Source: Parcubacteria group bacterium LiPW_15 (GTDB taxonomy: Bacteria; Patescibacteriota; Minisyncoccia; UBA6257; 2-01-FULL-56-20). Taken from it: DNA of 64,000 nt. Position numbers and translations under genes: made by a program. Below, in pieces: positions 29,916-41,106 of the stretch. Location of the stretch: assembly GCA_007375645.1 (NCBI GenBank), contig VMER01000003.1, forward strand, positions 10,008 to 74,007, given 5' to 3'. Under the pieces are notes generated by a model that worked only from the letters and a program-made list of their open reading frames with translations, did not search any database and was not told the DNA's origin. Numbering within the stretch: the first letter of the stretch is position 1; each line of letters starts with the position of its first letter.

Positions 29916-30230
29916 ATGAAAAATAAACTTTGGGCAGTGGGAATCGCCGAAGCGGCAGGAGTCGCTTTGTACATCGCCTTGTTCGCGTTTCTGGTAGAAA
30001 AAATAAGCCTTTTTGCCAAGGGATTCGCACCAACCCCCATGACATCAATGGTGTTATTCCTGCTCGCCTTTTCCGTTTCAGCTCTTATTTGCGGGCTTAT
30101 AGTTTTTGGCTATCCTTATCTCCTATTAATGGAAAACAAAAAACGCGAAGCTGTTAAGATCATCCTTTGGACTGCCGGCTCTCTTGCCATAATCCTGCTT
30201 ATTTACGTCTTCGTGCTCGTCGGAGTATAA
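29916..30230 (+). CDS. 3-TM membrane protein
   Basis: Hydrophobic 104-aa ORF. Confidence 0.7.
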   Translation: MKNKLWAVGIAEAAGVALYIALFAFLVEKISLFAKGFAPTPMTSMVLFLLAFSVSALICGLIVFGYPYLLLMENKKREAVKIILWTAGSLAIILLIYVFVLVGV

Positions 30231-30240
30231 TTACGGCCCA

Positions 30241-30747
30241 ATGGATCAGCCGCCCAAAGAAAACCGCTCCCGATTCGCGGATATATCCACGAGATGGCTG
30301 GGTTCGATACCCTCGCTTATCGTTCACACGGTTATTTTTCTGGCCGCATTTGGATTCATCCTGGCCGGCTCCCCCACCGACGAGGTTCTTTTAATACTCA
30401 CAACCTTCGTTTCACTCGAAGCCATATATTTTTCGATATTCATTCAGATGACGGTAAATCGCGCGACAGAAAGCATCGAGGAGGTAAGCGAGGACGTGGA
30501 AGAAATCCAGGAGGAGGTCGGAGAGATAAGCGAGGACGTTGAAGACATCTCCGAAGATGTGGAGGAGGTTCAGGAGGACGTTAAGGAGATCGGCGAAGAC
30601 GTGGAAGAAATTTCCAAGGATGTAGACAAAATCCAGGAAGACGCCGTCCTTGATGACCGCATTGATGAAAAACAGAATCAGGTTCTAGAAAATATTGAAG
30701 TTCAGCTTCAAAAATTACTTCGGGACATCGAAACCCTAAAGAAATAA
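30241..30747 (+). CDS. DUF1003-like membrane protein with acidic heptad-repeat coiled coil
   Basis: LLILTTFVSLEAIYFSIFIQMTVNR followed by ~8 E(E/D)I(S/Q)EDV heptads. Confidence 0.8.
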   Translation: MDQPPKENRSRFADISTRWLGSIPSLIVHTVIFLAAFGFILAGSPTDEVLLILTTFVSLEAIYFSIFIQMTVNRATESIEEVSEDVEEIQEEVGEISEDVEDISEDVEEVQEDVKEIGEDVEEISKDVDKIQEDAVLDDRIDEKQNQVLENIEVQLQKLLRDIETLKK

Positions 30748-30781
30748 AAATACCCCCGCAGGGGTATTTTTATTTATCTTC

Positions 30782-33700
30782 TTAGGCAATGCTCTGCTCT
30801 ATTTTCTGCACTGCGGTCTTTTTTTCTTCCTTCTTAAAGAAGAGCCAGTATATGGCAAAGATTATGAGAAGCAGAAGCAACAACCAGAGCCAACCCCAGC
30901 CGCCGAAGATGGAAAGAAGCGAGGCAAGTCCGGCCACAGCTCCCCCTCCAACCAGCGCAGTCACATACGCAGAAGTAGTCTGGAACTTACCCTTCTTGTC
31001 CGTCCAATTCATAGTGGAACCGTAGACCAGAGAATCGCCTTTTTCCACATTGTCGCCGATCTTGTTCCTTATCTCCACAATCCCCTGATAACCGGCTTGA
31101 ACCAGGCCGAAATTGTAGGAAAGCGTATTGGAATTTTTACTCGCGAAAGAATTGTTGGAAGCCACGAAACTGACTTCGAGCGGCAAAACTATCTGAAGCG
31201 AAGCATTCGAGAGATCATAACCGCAATCATTTTTGTAGGTAAGAGTGTAAACAGCTTCATCACCCGCATTAACGCCGGACGGGTAAACCGCCGGGGCTAG
31301 TTTAAGACAAGAGCTTCCGATAACAATCGGGGGCTCAATCGGCGGATCCACGGGCGGAACAACAGTCCCGCTGGTTGTGAAACGCGCGATAGAACCATAA
31401 CTCGTGCCCGCAGGAGTTTGAGCGACAATACGGAAATAATAAGTCGTGTTTTGCAAGAGACTCGTTAAGGCAAAGGCGGCGTCTACATATGAATTGCCCG
31501 AACCGATGGCCTGAATATTGGTTTTGAGTCCCAAGGAGGCCGACGGGCCGTATTCAAACCAGGCGCTGCCAACTCCCGAATTCGGATTCGCAGAACCGTT
31601 CAAAAGCGCAGAATTGCGGCCCACGTAGGTAGCCGGCTTAGTCAAAACCGCAGGCAAATTAGTGCCGCCGCCGTTGCCGGTAGTGGAAAACTGATAAGTT
31701 TGACCGTAAGAGGTTCCGTAGCTGTTCTTCGCGACCGCACGCACGTAATAGCTGGTATTCGAAGTCAGATTAGTCACGCCATTCGAGAAATTATAATTGG
31801 TCGTATAGGACGGGATAAAACTGTTGTTGGTGGTGTAAGTCAAAGAATTCGAATTTATACCGTACTCAAACCAACCGACTATAGAATCGTTATTGTTGCC
31901 GTTCGAAGAAACCTGCGCGTTGAACGTCGCGTAATTGTCCCCAAGATTGGTCGGGGTCAAAGTCTGCACGCACGGCGCGCTATTTCCGGAATATCCGCCG
32001 TAGTTATAGTTGTAATTATTGTAGTTACAATTTCCGGAATTATTATTGTTGGTCGTGAAATTATAAATGGAACCGTAAGCCGTGCCATAAGAATTTTGCG
32101 CGACCACACGATAGTAGTAGTTCATGTTACTCAAAAGATTGTACATTTGAGCGGAGACATTCTGAGGCCCCGAATAGTTCCCAAGATATTGGAAACCGGT
32201 AGTTTGGCCGAGAGACGAGGTTTGGCCGTACTCGAACCAATAATTGGTGTTAGAGCCGTTCGGATTCACGGTTCCGTTCATGGTCGCGGAGTTGAGATTC
32301 AGATTGCTTACGTAGTTCGTGGTGACTATCGGAGCGGAATTCCCGCCACAGTTATAAGTACACCCTCCCGAACCGTTGGTCATAAAGCTCAATATCTGGC
32401 CCTGAGTGGTACCGTACTGGTTCTGCGCGGTAACGCGGAAATAATAGGTAGTGTTGTAGCTCAAGTTATAGACGGCATAAGAAACATTCTGCGCGGAACT
32501 CCCCGAACCGATAGATTGATTGCCGGCAGTCTGACCCAAAGAATAAGTGGTTCCGTATTCGAACCAATAACTGGTTGCGGCGTTATTCGGATTCACAAGG
32601 CCGTTTAAGGTTGCATAATTCTGGGCGATATTCGTTGCGCCGTTAGTGGAAGCTATCGGAGCGGATCCTTGAGTCCCGCCGATGACGTTTATGTAGGCAG
32701 TCGCAGTAAGCCCCGAATAGGTCGCGGTAATCGTTGCCGAACCCTGACTCACGCCGTTCACGTACCCTCCAGAGACCGAAGCGACGGAGTTATTGGAAGA
32801 AGACCAGTTGGCGGAATTCGTAACTTCTGTTTGCTGTCCGGAACCGGATCCATCCGCGTCATAATAGGCCCGCAAATTTGTGCCGGAACCATAGTTAACG
32901 GTGGCCGAGGAAGGAGAAATGATAAAGGTAGCCGCACTTCCTCCGTTTTGGGTGGTAAAGCTTAAGATCTGACCATGGCTCGTGCCGTATTGGTTCTGCG
33001 CGGTAACGCGGAAATAATAGGTAGTATTGGAATTTAAGCCGGAAATATTTTGAACGGCTGAAATGTTGCTCGTTCCGGAGCCGGCGCTCTGAGTGAAAGT
33101 AGTTTGGCCCAGAGAAGAAGCGGTTCCGTATTCGAACCAATAACTGGTCGCAAATCCGTTCGGATTTATCTGGCCATTCAAAGTGGCAGCGGACTGATTA
33201 ATACTTGTCGCAGAATTCGTAGAAACCGTAGGCGGATTTCCATAGGAACCGGTCACACTCACGCTAGCCGTAGCGGTAAGGCCGTTGAAATAAGCGGTCA
33301 TGGTGGCGCTACCCTGAGAGATACCGGTCACATAACCGGCCGAGACATGGCGACGGGCGGGTTATTGGAAGTCGTAAAACTCAAAACAGTTCCGCGAGTG
33401 GTGCCGTAGGAATTTTGGCAAGCAGCGCGAAAATAATAAGTGGTGTTCGCGGACAAGCCGGAAATGGTTGAGTTTAAATTAATTCCGGAATTGCCGGATC
33501 CGATATATCGATTCCCCGCAGTTTGGCCAAGACCGGCACCCGCGCCATATTCAAACCAGCAGGAAGTTGCGGAACCGTTTGGAGTTCCATAACCATTTAA
33601 GGTGGCGGAATTTTGGCTGATGCCGGTGGCATTATTGGTAGAAACTGTCGGCGCAGAACCGGAAGGAGGGGGCGGGTTTACCGCGGTCACACTCACGCTA

Positions 33701-34786
33701 GCCGTAGCGGTAAGGCCGTTGAAATAAGCGGTCATGGTGGCGCTACCCTGAGAGATACCGGTCACATAACCGGCCGAGACATTCGTAATTCGCATGCAAA
33801 GTGATGCCGGAACCGACATTCACCGTAGCCGAAGACGGAGTGATGTTGAGAGTCGGGTTGGCGACGGGAGTGGGGTTAACAGAAATGGTTTTAGAACAAG
33901 TGGCGCCGAACCATTCCACGGCTTCCTGAACCATCTGCCAAGCAAAAACTTTATTGGACGCCGAAGAAACCGTCGGTGCAGTGGCGGTGAAAGAAAAATT
34001 GGCGGTTTGTCCGGGCGCAATCGGCGAAAACGGCAGGCCCACGCGGCCCAAACCCCAAATCTGATTGTCTTGCGGATTTTGCGAGCCCAAAAAATAACCG
34101 CTGGTCGGCCAAGTGCCGGTCGTCCAAGATTTGGTACCGGTATTTTTCATACTAACGCTCGCGGAAAAAGTCTGGCCGGAATTGACGCTCGATGGAGCGT
34201 TTACAGAAAGACAAGTTGCGCCATTGGTTCCGATCGGAGGCTGGCCTTGGCCCATGGTTTTATATCGCGCGACCAGATATCCTTGGCTTCCCCAGCCCGG
34301 AGTAATATTTCCCAAAATAAAATTGGTCGGACCGCCCTGCGCTCCGGTAGGATTAGTGGATTGATTCGGATACCACTCGGCGGAATCGAAAGTGAGCGAA
34401 GTTATAGTTTCGCCGGCTGCCGGATAAACGGATGCGGAGCCGTAAGCCGAAGGAGCATTATCGGCGGAAATTGTGCCGTTCGCGGAAACTCCGGAACCGT
34501 AATTGAAAGAAGCGATGGCATGCGTGTTATTCGCGGTCTGGTCGCCGGTGTTGTGATAGTAAAAAACAAAACTGACTATGTCGCCCACATGGACGTTTGA
34601 AATACTCGAGGACCAGTTCGTAGAACCCGGATTTTGGGTATAGTTTGAGACCCTGAGGGTCGGTTTATCCAATGGATCTGTGTTAAATTGCGCGCCGGAG
34701 GCCGAAGAAGCCAATGGGCTCGCGAAGAGCGAAAACAGCGCGAAGGCGACTGCCATCGACTTAAGATTGATGATTTTTTTAGTCAT
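30782..34786 (-). CDS. Large surface protein with FN3-like and Ig-like (Big_2) repeats, signal peptide and C-terminal TM anchor; broken into three ORFs
   Basis: ORFs 33743-34786, 33328-33819 and 30782-33331. Repeated ATLNG.VNPNG..T.YWFEYG...TYYFR..AQN..GT..G....FTT units. Both frame breaks sit at one edge of an exact 99-bp duplication. Confidence 0.8.
33250..33782. repeat. Exact 99-bp direct repeat (33250-33348 and 33684-33782)
   Basis: Identical CGGTCACACTC...CCGAGACAT copies. Confidence 0.95.
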
Positions 34787-34940
34787 TTTTTTGTTTTTTT
34801 AATCTAACTTTGCGTGCCGCAATTTTACCATATAGGGGTTCTAATGTCAATACAGGAAGCTCCTTCCCCTCGCTGCCTATATTACCCCCTTTTCCAAATA
34901 AAAAAAGGCCCCGGCCGTTGGGCCAGGGCGAGGGAAGGAC

Positions 34941-35714
34941 TCAAAAACGAATGATGAAGTTCCCGGGGTTGGGAGACGGGCCGTTCGGCGGGTCAGAAGA
35001 AGGACCCTTGTCCCCTCCGCCTCCAGAACCCAAGGCGATGACCAAAATGACGATCACCGCCGCACCGATGCCGACGTAGAGCAGAGTATTGTTCTTTTTT
35101 CCGTTTCCAACACCATCGAAAGGAGCATTCGCCTCGCGTTCGATGATGACGACCACGGGTTCGAGCTTCTTGGGCCCGAGATCCTCGAGCTTGAGTCCGA
35201 GATGGAATTCGCGGTTGTAGTCGGTCACCGTGAGCGGTTCGATCGGCTTCTTGAAGTCGATCAGGGCAGCTGCTGCCGGCTTCTCGTCCACAGAATCTCG
35301 GCACTCCGGATATCCTTCTGGATGCCAATTCGTTGGATGAACCCAGGAGCCGATGGACCTGTCCCAGGCCTGGTTCAGAGGATTTCCACAGCCGTATATC
35401 CACTCTGGGGCAAGTAGCAGCGGGTCAGCGGACAACTTCAGCGCAACGAGTGCAGTCCCCTTATGGATATATCCGGACGAACCCTGACCGGGTTCGGTCC
35501 CTCCGCCAGCGAACGCACTTTCGATAAACTCGTCGTATTTGAGTCGAAGGAGACAATAGCGGCTCCAGTCCACCTTGCGCCCGGGCTCCACTGGCCTCGT
35601 GTTCAAGGCGAGGTAGTGTTTCGTTCCTGTGGGCTGAGACGGCTCTGCCGCGCGCGCCGGAAACGTGTAGAGGACCGACGCGACCGACAACACAATCGAA
35701 AGCACTTTTCTCAT
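34941..35714 (-). CDS. Exported orphan protein with signal peptide and C-terminal TM + Gly/Pro tail
   Basis: MRKVLSIVLSVASVLYTFPARA signal; GGGAGG SD; promoter TTGACG-17-TGATACT. Confidence 0.75.
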   Translation of the reverse strand: MRKVLSIVLSVASVLYTFPARAAEPSQPTGTKHYLALNTRPVEPGRKVDWSRYCLLRLKYDEFIESAFAGGGTEPGQGSSGYIHKGTALVALKLSADPLLLAPEWIYGCGNPLNQAWDRSIGSWVHPTNWHPEGYPECRDSVDEKPAAAALIDFKKPIEPLTVTDYNREFHLGLKLEDLGPKKLEPVVVIIEREANAPFDGVGNGKKNNTLLYVGIGAAVIVILVIALGSGGGGDKGPSSDPPNGPSPNPGNFIIRF

Positions 35715-36018
35715 TTACTCTTCCTCCCATTCTCAAGGATCGCTAAGACTGCCAAAATAGTATCATAAAATTTATATACGTCAACACGGAACCATTTCTC
35801 CGCCCCGTCCGTTATATTGGGTAGGTCGATGATTTACGCGTGATTTTAGCGCGAATTTCGCTGCTTTTAAGGCTAAGGTATAATATAGATGTCGATCCCG
35901 ATAGAGATTCGAAAAAATATTTCGTGGCCGCTTCTTCACGAACGGCACAAAAACGACCGAATTATTTTCTGAGACTCATAAAATTTCTCGCGGGATAAAT
36001 AAAAAATAAATTAAAAAA

Positions 36019-36807
36019 ATGGAACAAAAAATAAAAAACTATCTAGGTATCGCCGGAACAGTCGGAATAATAATAGTGGCCATAGCCGGCTGGAGATATG
36101 TCGGAGCCTATGCCGATTCGCTGCAACCCGGAGCTTATCGAAGTTTTAGCGTCTCCGGAGAGGGAAAGTCCGTGGCCATACCGGATATCGCCACCTTTAA
36201 TTTTGGCGTGATAACCGAGGGTGGAAAGGATATTGCCTCTCTTCAAACCCAGAACACCGATAAGACCAACAAAGCTATCGGCTACTTGAAGGCGCAGGAC
36301 GTGGACGAAAAAGACATTAAAACCTCCGGTTATAATGTCGAACCCCGCTATCAGTATTCCAGCTGCAGCTACATAAGCAGCAGAAGCGATACTGCTTGCC
36401 CTCCGCCAACCATAGTCGGATATACCATCACCCAAAGTGTGACGGTCAAAGTACGCGATCTTGAGAAAGCCGGTGATATCTTAGCCGGAGTGGTAAATAA
36501 CGGCGCGAACAACGTTTCACAGCTGAACTTCACCCTCGATGATCCGGAAAGCGCGAAGACCGCGGCCCGAATTGAAGGCTTCAACAAGGCCATGGCCAAA
36601 GCCAAAGAGATCGCCAAGGAAGGAGGATTCCGCCTCGGTCGGTTGGTTACCGTGAACATCGGAGACAACAGCTCGCCCGTCTATTATGGAATGGGCGGCT
36701 ATGCCGCTGATTCGTACGCCAAAACCGCCTCGGTTCCGTCTCCGATAATCGAAGTCGGTTCGCAGGACGTGAAAGTCACCGTATCCCTGACTTACGAGAT
36801 AAAATAA
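36019..36807 (+). CDS. SIMPL (DUF541) domain protein
   Basis: SVSGEGKS.AIPDIA, DIKTSGYNVEP.Y, GANNVSQLNF. Confidence 0.9.
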   Translation: MEQKIKNYLGIAGTVGIIIVAIAGWRYVGAYADSLQPGAYRSFSVSGEGKSVAIPDIATFNFGVITEGGKDIASLQTQNTDKTNKAIGYLKAQDVDEKDIKTSGYNVEPRYQYSSCSYISSRSDTACPPPTIVGYTITQSVTVKVRDLEKAGDILAGVVNNGANNVSQLNFTLDDPESAKTAARIEGFNKAMAKAKEIAKEGGFRLGRLVTVNIGDNSSPVYYGMGGYAADSYAKTASVPSPIIEVGSQDVKVTVSLTYEIK

Positions 36808-36867
36808 AAAGGGATCTGCAACACAAAACCCCCGGAGAATTATGCCAGGGGCTTTTGTTTATCTGAG

Positions 36868-37164
36868 CTAGGGAGTGCTGGTCGAAGTGGTCGTATTCTC
36901 GCGCGGAACCAAGATCATTACTTTTTCGTCCGGACTCTGATAGTGAAACCGGGCGCGCAATTCTTTCTCCAGGTTTTCCGGAATGGAAACGTAGTTGAGA
37001 TCGGCCTCTAGCCGCCCCCTCTCCGTTTTAGCCTGCTCCAATTCTTTTCTGGCTTCTTCAAATTGCGCGCTGACGGATACCCTCTGCCCCAGAATAGACC
37101 TTATCTCCATCCCCGCAAAAACAAGCAGGGCCATAAATATTACTATCAGGATATTCTTAAGCAT
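36868..37164 (-). CDS. Septum formation initiator (FtsB/DivIC-like)
   Basis: TM + coiled coil + PENLEKELRARFHYQSPDEK. Confidence 0.75.
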   Translation of the reverse strand: MLKNILIVIFMALLVFAGMEIRSILGQRVSVSAQFEEARKELEQAKTERGRLEADLNYVSIPENLEKELRARFHYQSPDEKVMILVPRENTTTSTSTP

Positions 37165-38957
37165 TACTTCTTAAGTATCTCTCGAAATACTTCCGGTGTC
37201 AGGTTCACTTTTCCCCTCTCGAGGAGCCTTTCCTTTCCCCTCTTTTGCTTGCGCCACAATTTCATCTTGCGGGTTATATCCCCTCCGTTTTTTCCGAAAT
37301 CACCGAGCTGTTTCTTGGCTGCGGCAATAGTTTCCCTGGCGATGATCCGCCCCTGAGTTTGCGCCTGTATGGCCTGGGTAAATTGAGCCTTGGGTAAAAG
37401 CTCCTTAAGGCGCTCGACAGTGGAACGCGCTTCGCGCTCAAGTTCCGATTTTCGGACAACTCTTGTGAGGGCGGGGACAACATCGCCCGCCACCAGGATA
37501 TCCAATCTTTCGGCATCCGTTTTCCGCTCTCCAGCCAACTCGTAACTGAAAGAGGCGTATCCGGCGGAAACGGATTTCAATTGGTCGTCAAAATCGCGAA
37601 TTAATTCGGAAAGAGGCATTGTTCCGGTTATCAGAAGATTCTCCCCGACATTATGCACCTCTTCCACATTAACCTCGTACGCGGTCTGGATGGAAAGCAC
37701 TTTTTGGAGATAGTCCTTGGGCGTTAATATCTCAACTTTTATTATCGGTTCCCAAACTTCATCCGGATTTTCTGGAAACGCGTGCGGTTCCTTAACAACT
37801 TTCTCGGAGGCCCCGACGCGTACCCGGTAAGCTATGGTCGGAAAACTGGTTAAAAAGTCCAAACCGAATTCGCGCGTCAATCTCGCGGAGGTTATTTCGA
37901 AATGAAGCTGGCCCAAAAAACCTACTTTGAGTCCGCGGCCCAAAGCATCGTTGGAATCCGGCTCAAAGGAAAGCGCTGCGTCGGTAAGGCGAAGTTTTTC
38001 GAACCCTCGTTCTAGCTCTTCAAATTTAGTGGTCCCGTCCGGATAAAAAGAGATAAACACGGTAGGCACCGCGTCCCTGAATCCGGGAAGGGCATGGGAT
38101 TTCAAATCCTTTGGAGAATCGATCTTCCGACGAACCAAAGTGTCTCCAATTTTTACGAGCGACGGCTCTTTAAACCCGGTGGCGATATAACCTATTTCCC
38201 CCGCCTTTAATTCCGAGACGGATTTCAACTCCGGCAAAAAACAGCCCACTTCTTTTATCTTAAAATCCTCACCGGTAGCTAAAAGCTCGGCGACATCCGC
38301 AGCCGTAAAGGTTCCGTCGAACACGCGCACGTAAGCCAAAATGCCTTTGTGGTCGTTGTAGAGCGAGTCAAAAATAAGCGCGCGGCTTACTTCGCCTTTC
38401 TCGGAAACCTTGGGCGGAGGAACATTCTCTATGACCGCGCCCAAAAGATCTTCCACTCCCGCGCCGGTCTTCCCGGAAATGCGAAAAATATTTTCCGGCT
38501 CGGTATGCAAAAGCTCCGCCAAAGCGTAAATGGTTTTCTCAAGATGCGGCACATTCAGATCAATTTTATTGACCGCTCCGATTATTTTAAGACCCGCTTT
38601 TTGGGCATTCCTTAAATTGGAAAGCGTTTGAGCCTGGATGCCCTTGGTCGCATCAACCAAAAGTATCGCTCCTTCGACGGCCATTAGTGCGCGGGAAACT
38701 TCATACTGAAAATCCGAATGTCCCGGGGTGTCGATAAGATTTAAAATATATTCCGTTCCTTTGTAAGAGTAATCCATCCTGACCGGAGCCATCTTAATGG
38801 TAATACCGCGCTCGCGCTCCAGATCCAGTTGATCCAGATATTGCGCACGCATGCGCCGCATTTCCACCGTCCCGGTGACCTCAAGAAGCCGGTCCGCGAG
38901 GGTGGATTTGCCATGGTCAATATGGGCAATGATTACAAAATTTCGAATGTCATTCAT
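37164..38957 (-). CDS. lepA: Elongation factor 4 (LepA)
   Basis: IRNFVIIAHIDHGKSTLADR, ERERGITIK, GGDITRKMKL. Confidence 0.97.
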   Translation of the reverse strand: MNDIRNFVIIAHIDHGKSTLADRLLEVTGTVEMRRMRAQYLDQLDLERERGITIKMAPVRMDYSYKGTEYILNLIDTPGHSDFQYEVSRALMAVEGAILLVDATKGIQAQTLSNLRNAQKAGLKIIGAVNKIDLNVPHLEKTIYALAELLHTEPENIFRISGKTGAGVEDLLGAVIENVPPPKVSEKGEVSRALIFDSLYNDHKGILAYVRVFDGTFTAADVAELLATGEDFKIKEVGCFLPELKSVSELKAGEIGYIATGFKEPSLVKIGDTLVRRKIDSPKDLKSHALPGFRDAVPTVFISFYPDGTTKFEELERGFEKLRLTDAALSFEPDSNDALGRGLKVGFLGQLHFEITSARLTREFGLDFLTSFPTIAYRVRVGASEKVVKEPHAFPENPDEVWEPIIKVEILTPKDYLQKVLSIQTAYEVNVEEVHNVGENLLITGTMPLSELIRDFDDQLKSVSAGYASFSYELAGERKTDAERLDILVAGDVVPALTRVVRKSELEREARSTVERLKELLPKAQFTQAIQAQTQGRIIARETIAAAKKQLGDFGKNGGDITRKMKLWRKQKRGKERLLERGKVNLTPEVFREILKK

Positions 38958-39020
38958 TTTAGCGATTGAGGATTGAGATAAGTCTATGGAAGATTAAGTG
39001 AAAACCGCCGCACGCACAAG

Positions 39021-41033
39021 TTAAATCTCTTTTTGAAGAGTCAAAGAGATCACAAGCCTCGCGGGTATGTCCGTATTTTTATATTCGAATACCGGAGAGC
39101 CGCTTTCTTTCCAGACAAATCCCACTGGCGCGGCAAAGGAAAAATTGTATTCCGAATTCACGCCGGCCTGCTTGTCCATAACGAACTGGTAGACAACGCC
39201 CTCGGCGGGAGACAAAAACAGTCTGTGGGAATAATCATAAGAAAGTTTGCTCGTCTCGCCTCTCGCTGTTTTCTGCCAGGCGGCCAAAACCGTTTTGCCC
39301 GCCTCGGAAAAAGTAGTTAGCCACGAAAAATTTTCTGCCGGAGCAGCCGTAGATTCTATAGCCTCCACCAAAGGATCGACGTAATAGCCGGCAGTTTTGT
39401 AATTTATCGGGGCTTTTACGGTTTTTTGTATCCCGCCCTTGGCGCCCGAGAGTTTTCCGAGCGAGGAAAGAAATACGCGCACATAAGATTGATTAGCCAC
39501 CCTATACCACCACTTATCCGTTGATTTGGCGTTATTCTTCCTTAATATTTCCAGATGATTGCTCACTACGCCGTCCGAAGATATCTGGCTCTCCAACGCT
39601 ATCTTTTGGCTCATAACGTAATCGCTCTTGCCGCCGCCCACATTAGCAATCACCACGGAAAGATAATCTCCCTCGAACCTCTGCGGCACTTGAAATACGG
39701 AACCATCCGCTTGTTTATCTTTAAAGATTGCCTCCATCTCCTCATCGCCGGCCCAAAGCATTATATCTTTGGACTCCACCCTAGAAACGATCGCATTCAG
39801 CATTTCTTGTTCCGAATCAGCGCCCAACGCGACAAGCTTTGGTATCAGAGCTGCAAATATCTCATCCAAAATATTCTTTGCGTCCGAAGATCCAACGTCT
39901 TGCCCCGCCTGAACCTCGGACTGTATCTCGGACAAAAAATTATTCTCGTCTATCGCCGCCTTGGTGCTCGAAACATTGACCGGTCCCGTGGTCCGAAAAA
40001 TATCCGCGATAACCTCGGGCGAAACAACCGCGATCAGATCGACTCTCGATCCGTCATCGCCATAAAGCTTGGAAGAATCCATGAACTCCGCAGCTTTTGA
40101 GGCGGAATCCGGAAAATTAAAAAACCAGTTGGAATCGGCCGTGCGCCAATTGGTAACCAGAGCCTGAAGCGGTTTTGGCGGAACGGTCTTAAGTTCCAAT
40201 GTGCGATCCACTTCGTTTATGTCCCGCATTTCAATATCCGCGAGCTTGCCGCCCTGCACATTTATTTCCGCATAGCTCCCCCAGAAACCTCCGGTCGGAC
40301 GCATCTCCGAAGTGTTTTGGAGAAAAACGATTATTTTTCTGTCGGAAGAAAGCCAGCCGACCAAGGAGTTAAGCGCATTCCGCCAGGAACTTAATTCTAA
40401 TTTAAGATTTAAATATTCTTGCGGAGAAATATTTACCGCGGCCGTTAGATCGCTTCCGGACATGTCGATAGATTCTACCGCGGAGTTTAAAGCGGCAACA
40501 TCTTCGCTTATCCCCCGAAGAGGAGTGAGAATATCTCCCTCGCCGCCGGAAAGGAATCCGGAGATATTGGCCTTCAGCGCCACCGCATCCTGCCCCAGTT
40601 TCATCCAAGCAGAAATACCGCCCATAAGTCCTTTGTAGGCGCCGACGCCCCCCTTAAGAAGCGGCCAGAGTTTAGTTTCGATATCGCTGAAGTTTTTTAT
40701 TTCAAAACTTCCGCCCGGCAGACCCAGCCCGGCAGAGAGGCCGGAATCTGCAATATCTTTCCCCGCCTGTTTGAAAAAAGCTTGCTTTGATTGGTATGCG
40801 GAAAACAGCCAGAACCCCCCGCCGAACACCGCGAAGACAAGAAGCGACAGGAAAATGCTTTTCCAGGGTATTTTGGTTCTTAGGTCAGGCTTCGAAATTC
40901 CCTTCGGCGCGAAAATTTCTTTTTCCGAGAAATGCTTTGCGCCTTCGCCCCGGATAGATTCTCCGGCCCGGAGGACCTGAGGAGCGCGGACATCCATCAT
41001 TTTTTTAAAGATATTCTTCTTTGGAACTTTCAT
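39021..41033 (-). CDS. DUF4012-domain membrane-anchored protein
   Basis: FLQNTSEMRPTGGFWGSY, DSNWFFNFPDSA, NVGGGKSD. Confidence 0.85.
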   Translation of the reverse strand: MKVPKKNIFKKMMDVRAPQVLRAGESIRGEGAKHFSEKEIFAPKGISKPDLRTKIPWKSIFLSLLVFAVFGGGFWLFSAYQSKQAFFKQAGKDIADSGLSAGLGLPGGSFEIKNFSDIETKLWPLLKGGVGAYKGLMGGISAWMKLGQDAVALKANISGFLSGGEGDILTPLRGISEDVAALNSAVESIDMSGSDLTAAVNISPQEYLNLKLELSSWRNALNSLVGWLSSDRKIIVFLQNTSEMRPTGGFWGSYAEINVQGGKLADIEMRDINEVDRTLELKTVPPKPLQALVTNWRTADSNWFFNFPDSASKAAEFMDSSKLYGDDGSRVDLIAVVSPEVIADIFRTTGPVNVSSTKAAIDENNFLSEIQSEVQAGQDVGSSDAKNILDEIFAALIPKLVALGADSEQEMLNAIVSRVESKDIMLWAGDEEMEAIFKDKQADGSVFQVPQRFEGDYLSVVIANVGGGKSDYVMSQKIALESQISSDGVVSNHLEILRKNNAKSTDKWWYRVANQSYVRVFLSSLGKLSGAKGGIQKTVKAPINYKTAGYYVDPLVEAIESTAAPAENFSWLTTFSEAGKTVLAAWQKTARGETSKLSYDYSHRLFLSPAEGVVYQFVMDKQAGVNSEYNFSFAAPVGFVWKESGSPVFEYKNTDIPARLVISLTLQKEI

Positions 41034-41106
41034 TTTATTGATGGGTTTTATCTATTATATAGGGTTTTCTGTCTTTGCTTAAGGCCGCAATTGATATAAT
41101 TAAACA

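Noticed and set aside
31700-34600. Long + strand ORFs (302 aa, 268 aa), likewise 53942-54919
   Set aside because: Antisense shadows of well-supported minus-strand genes.
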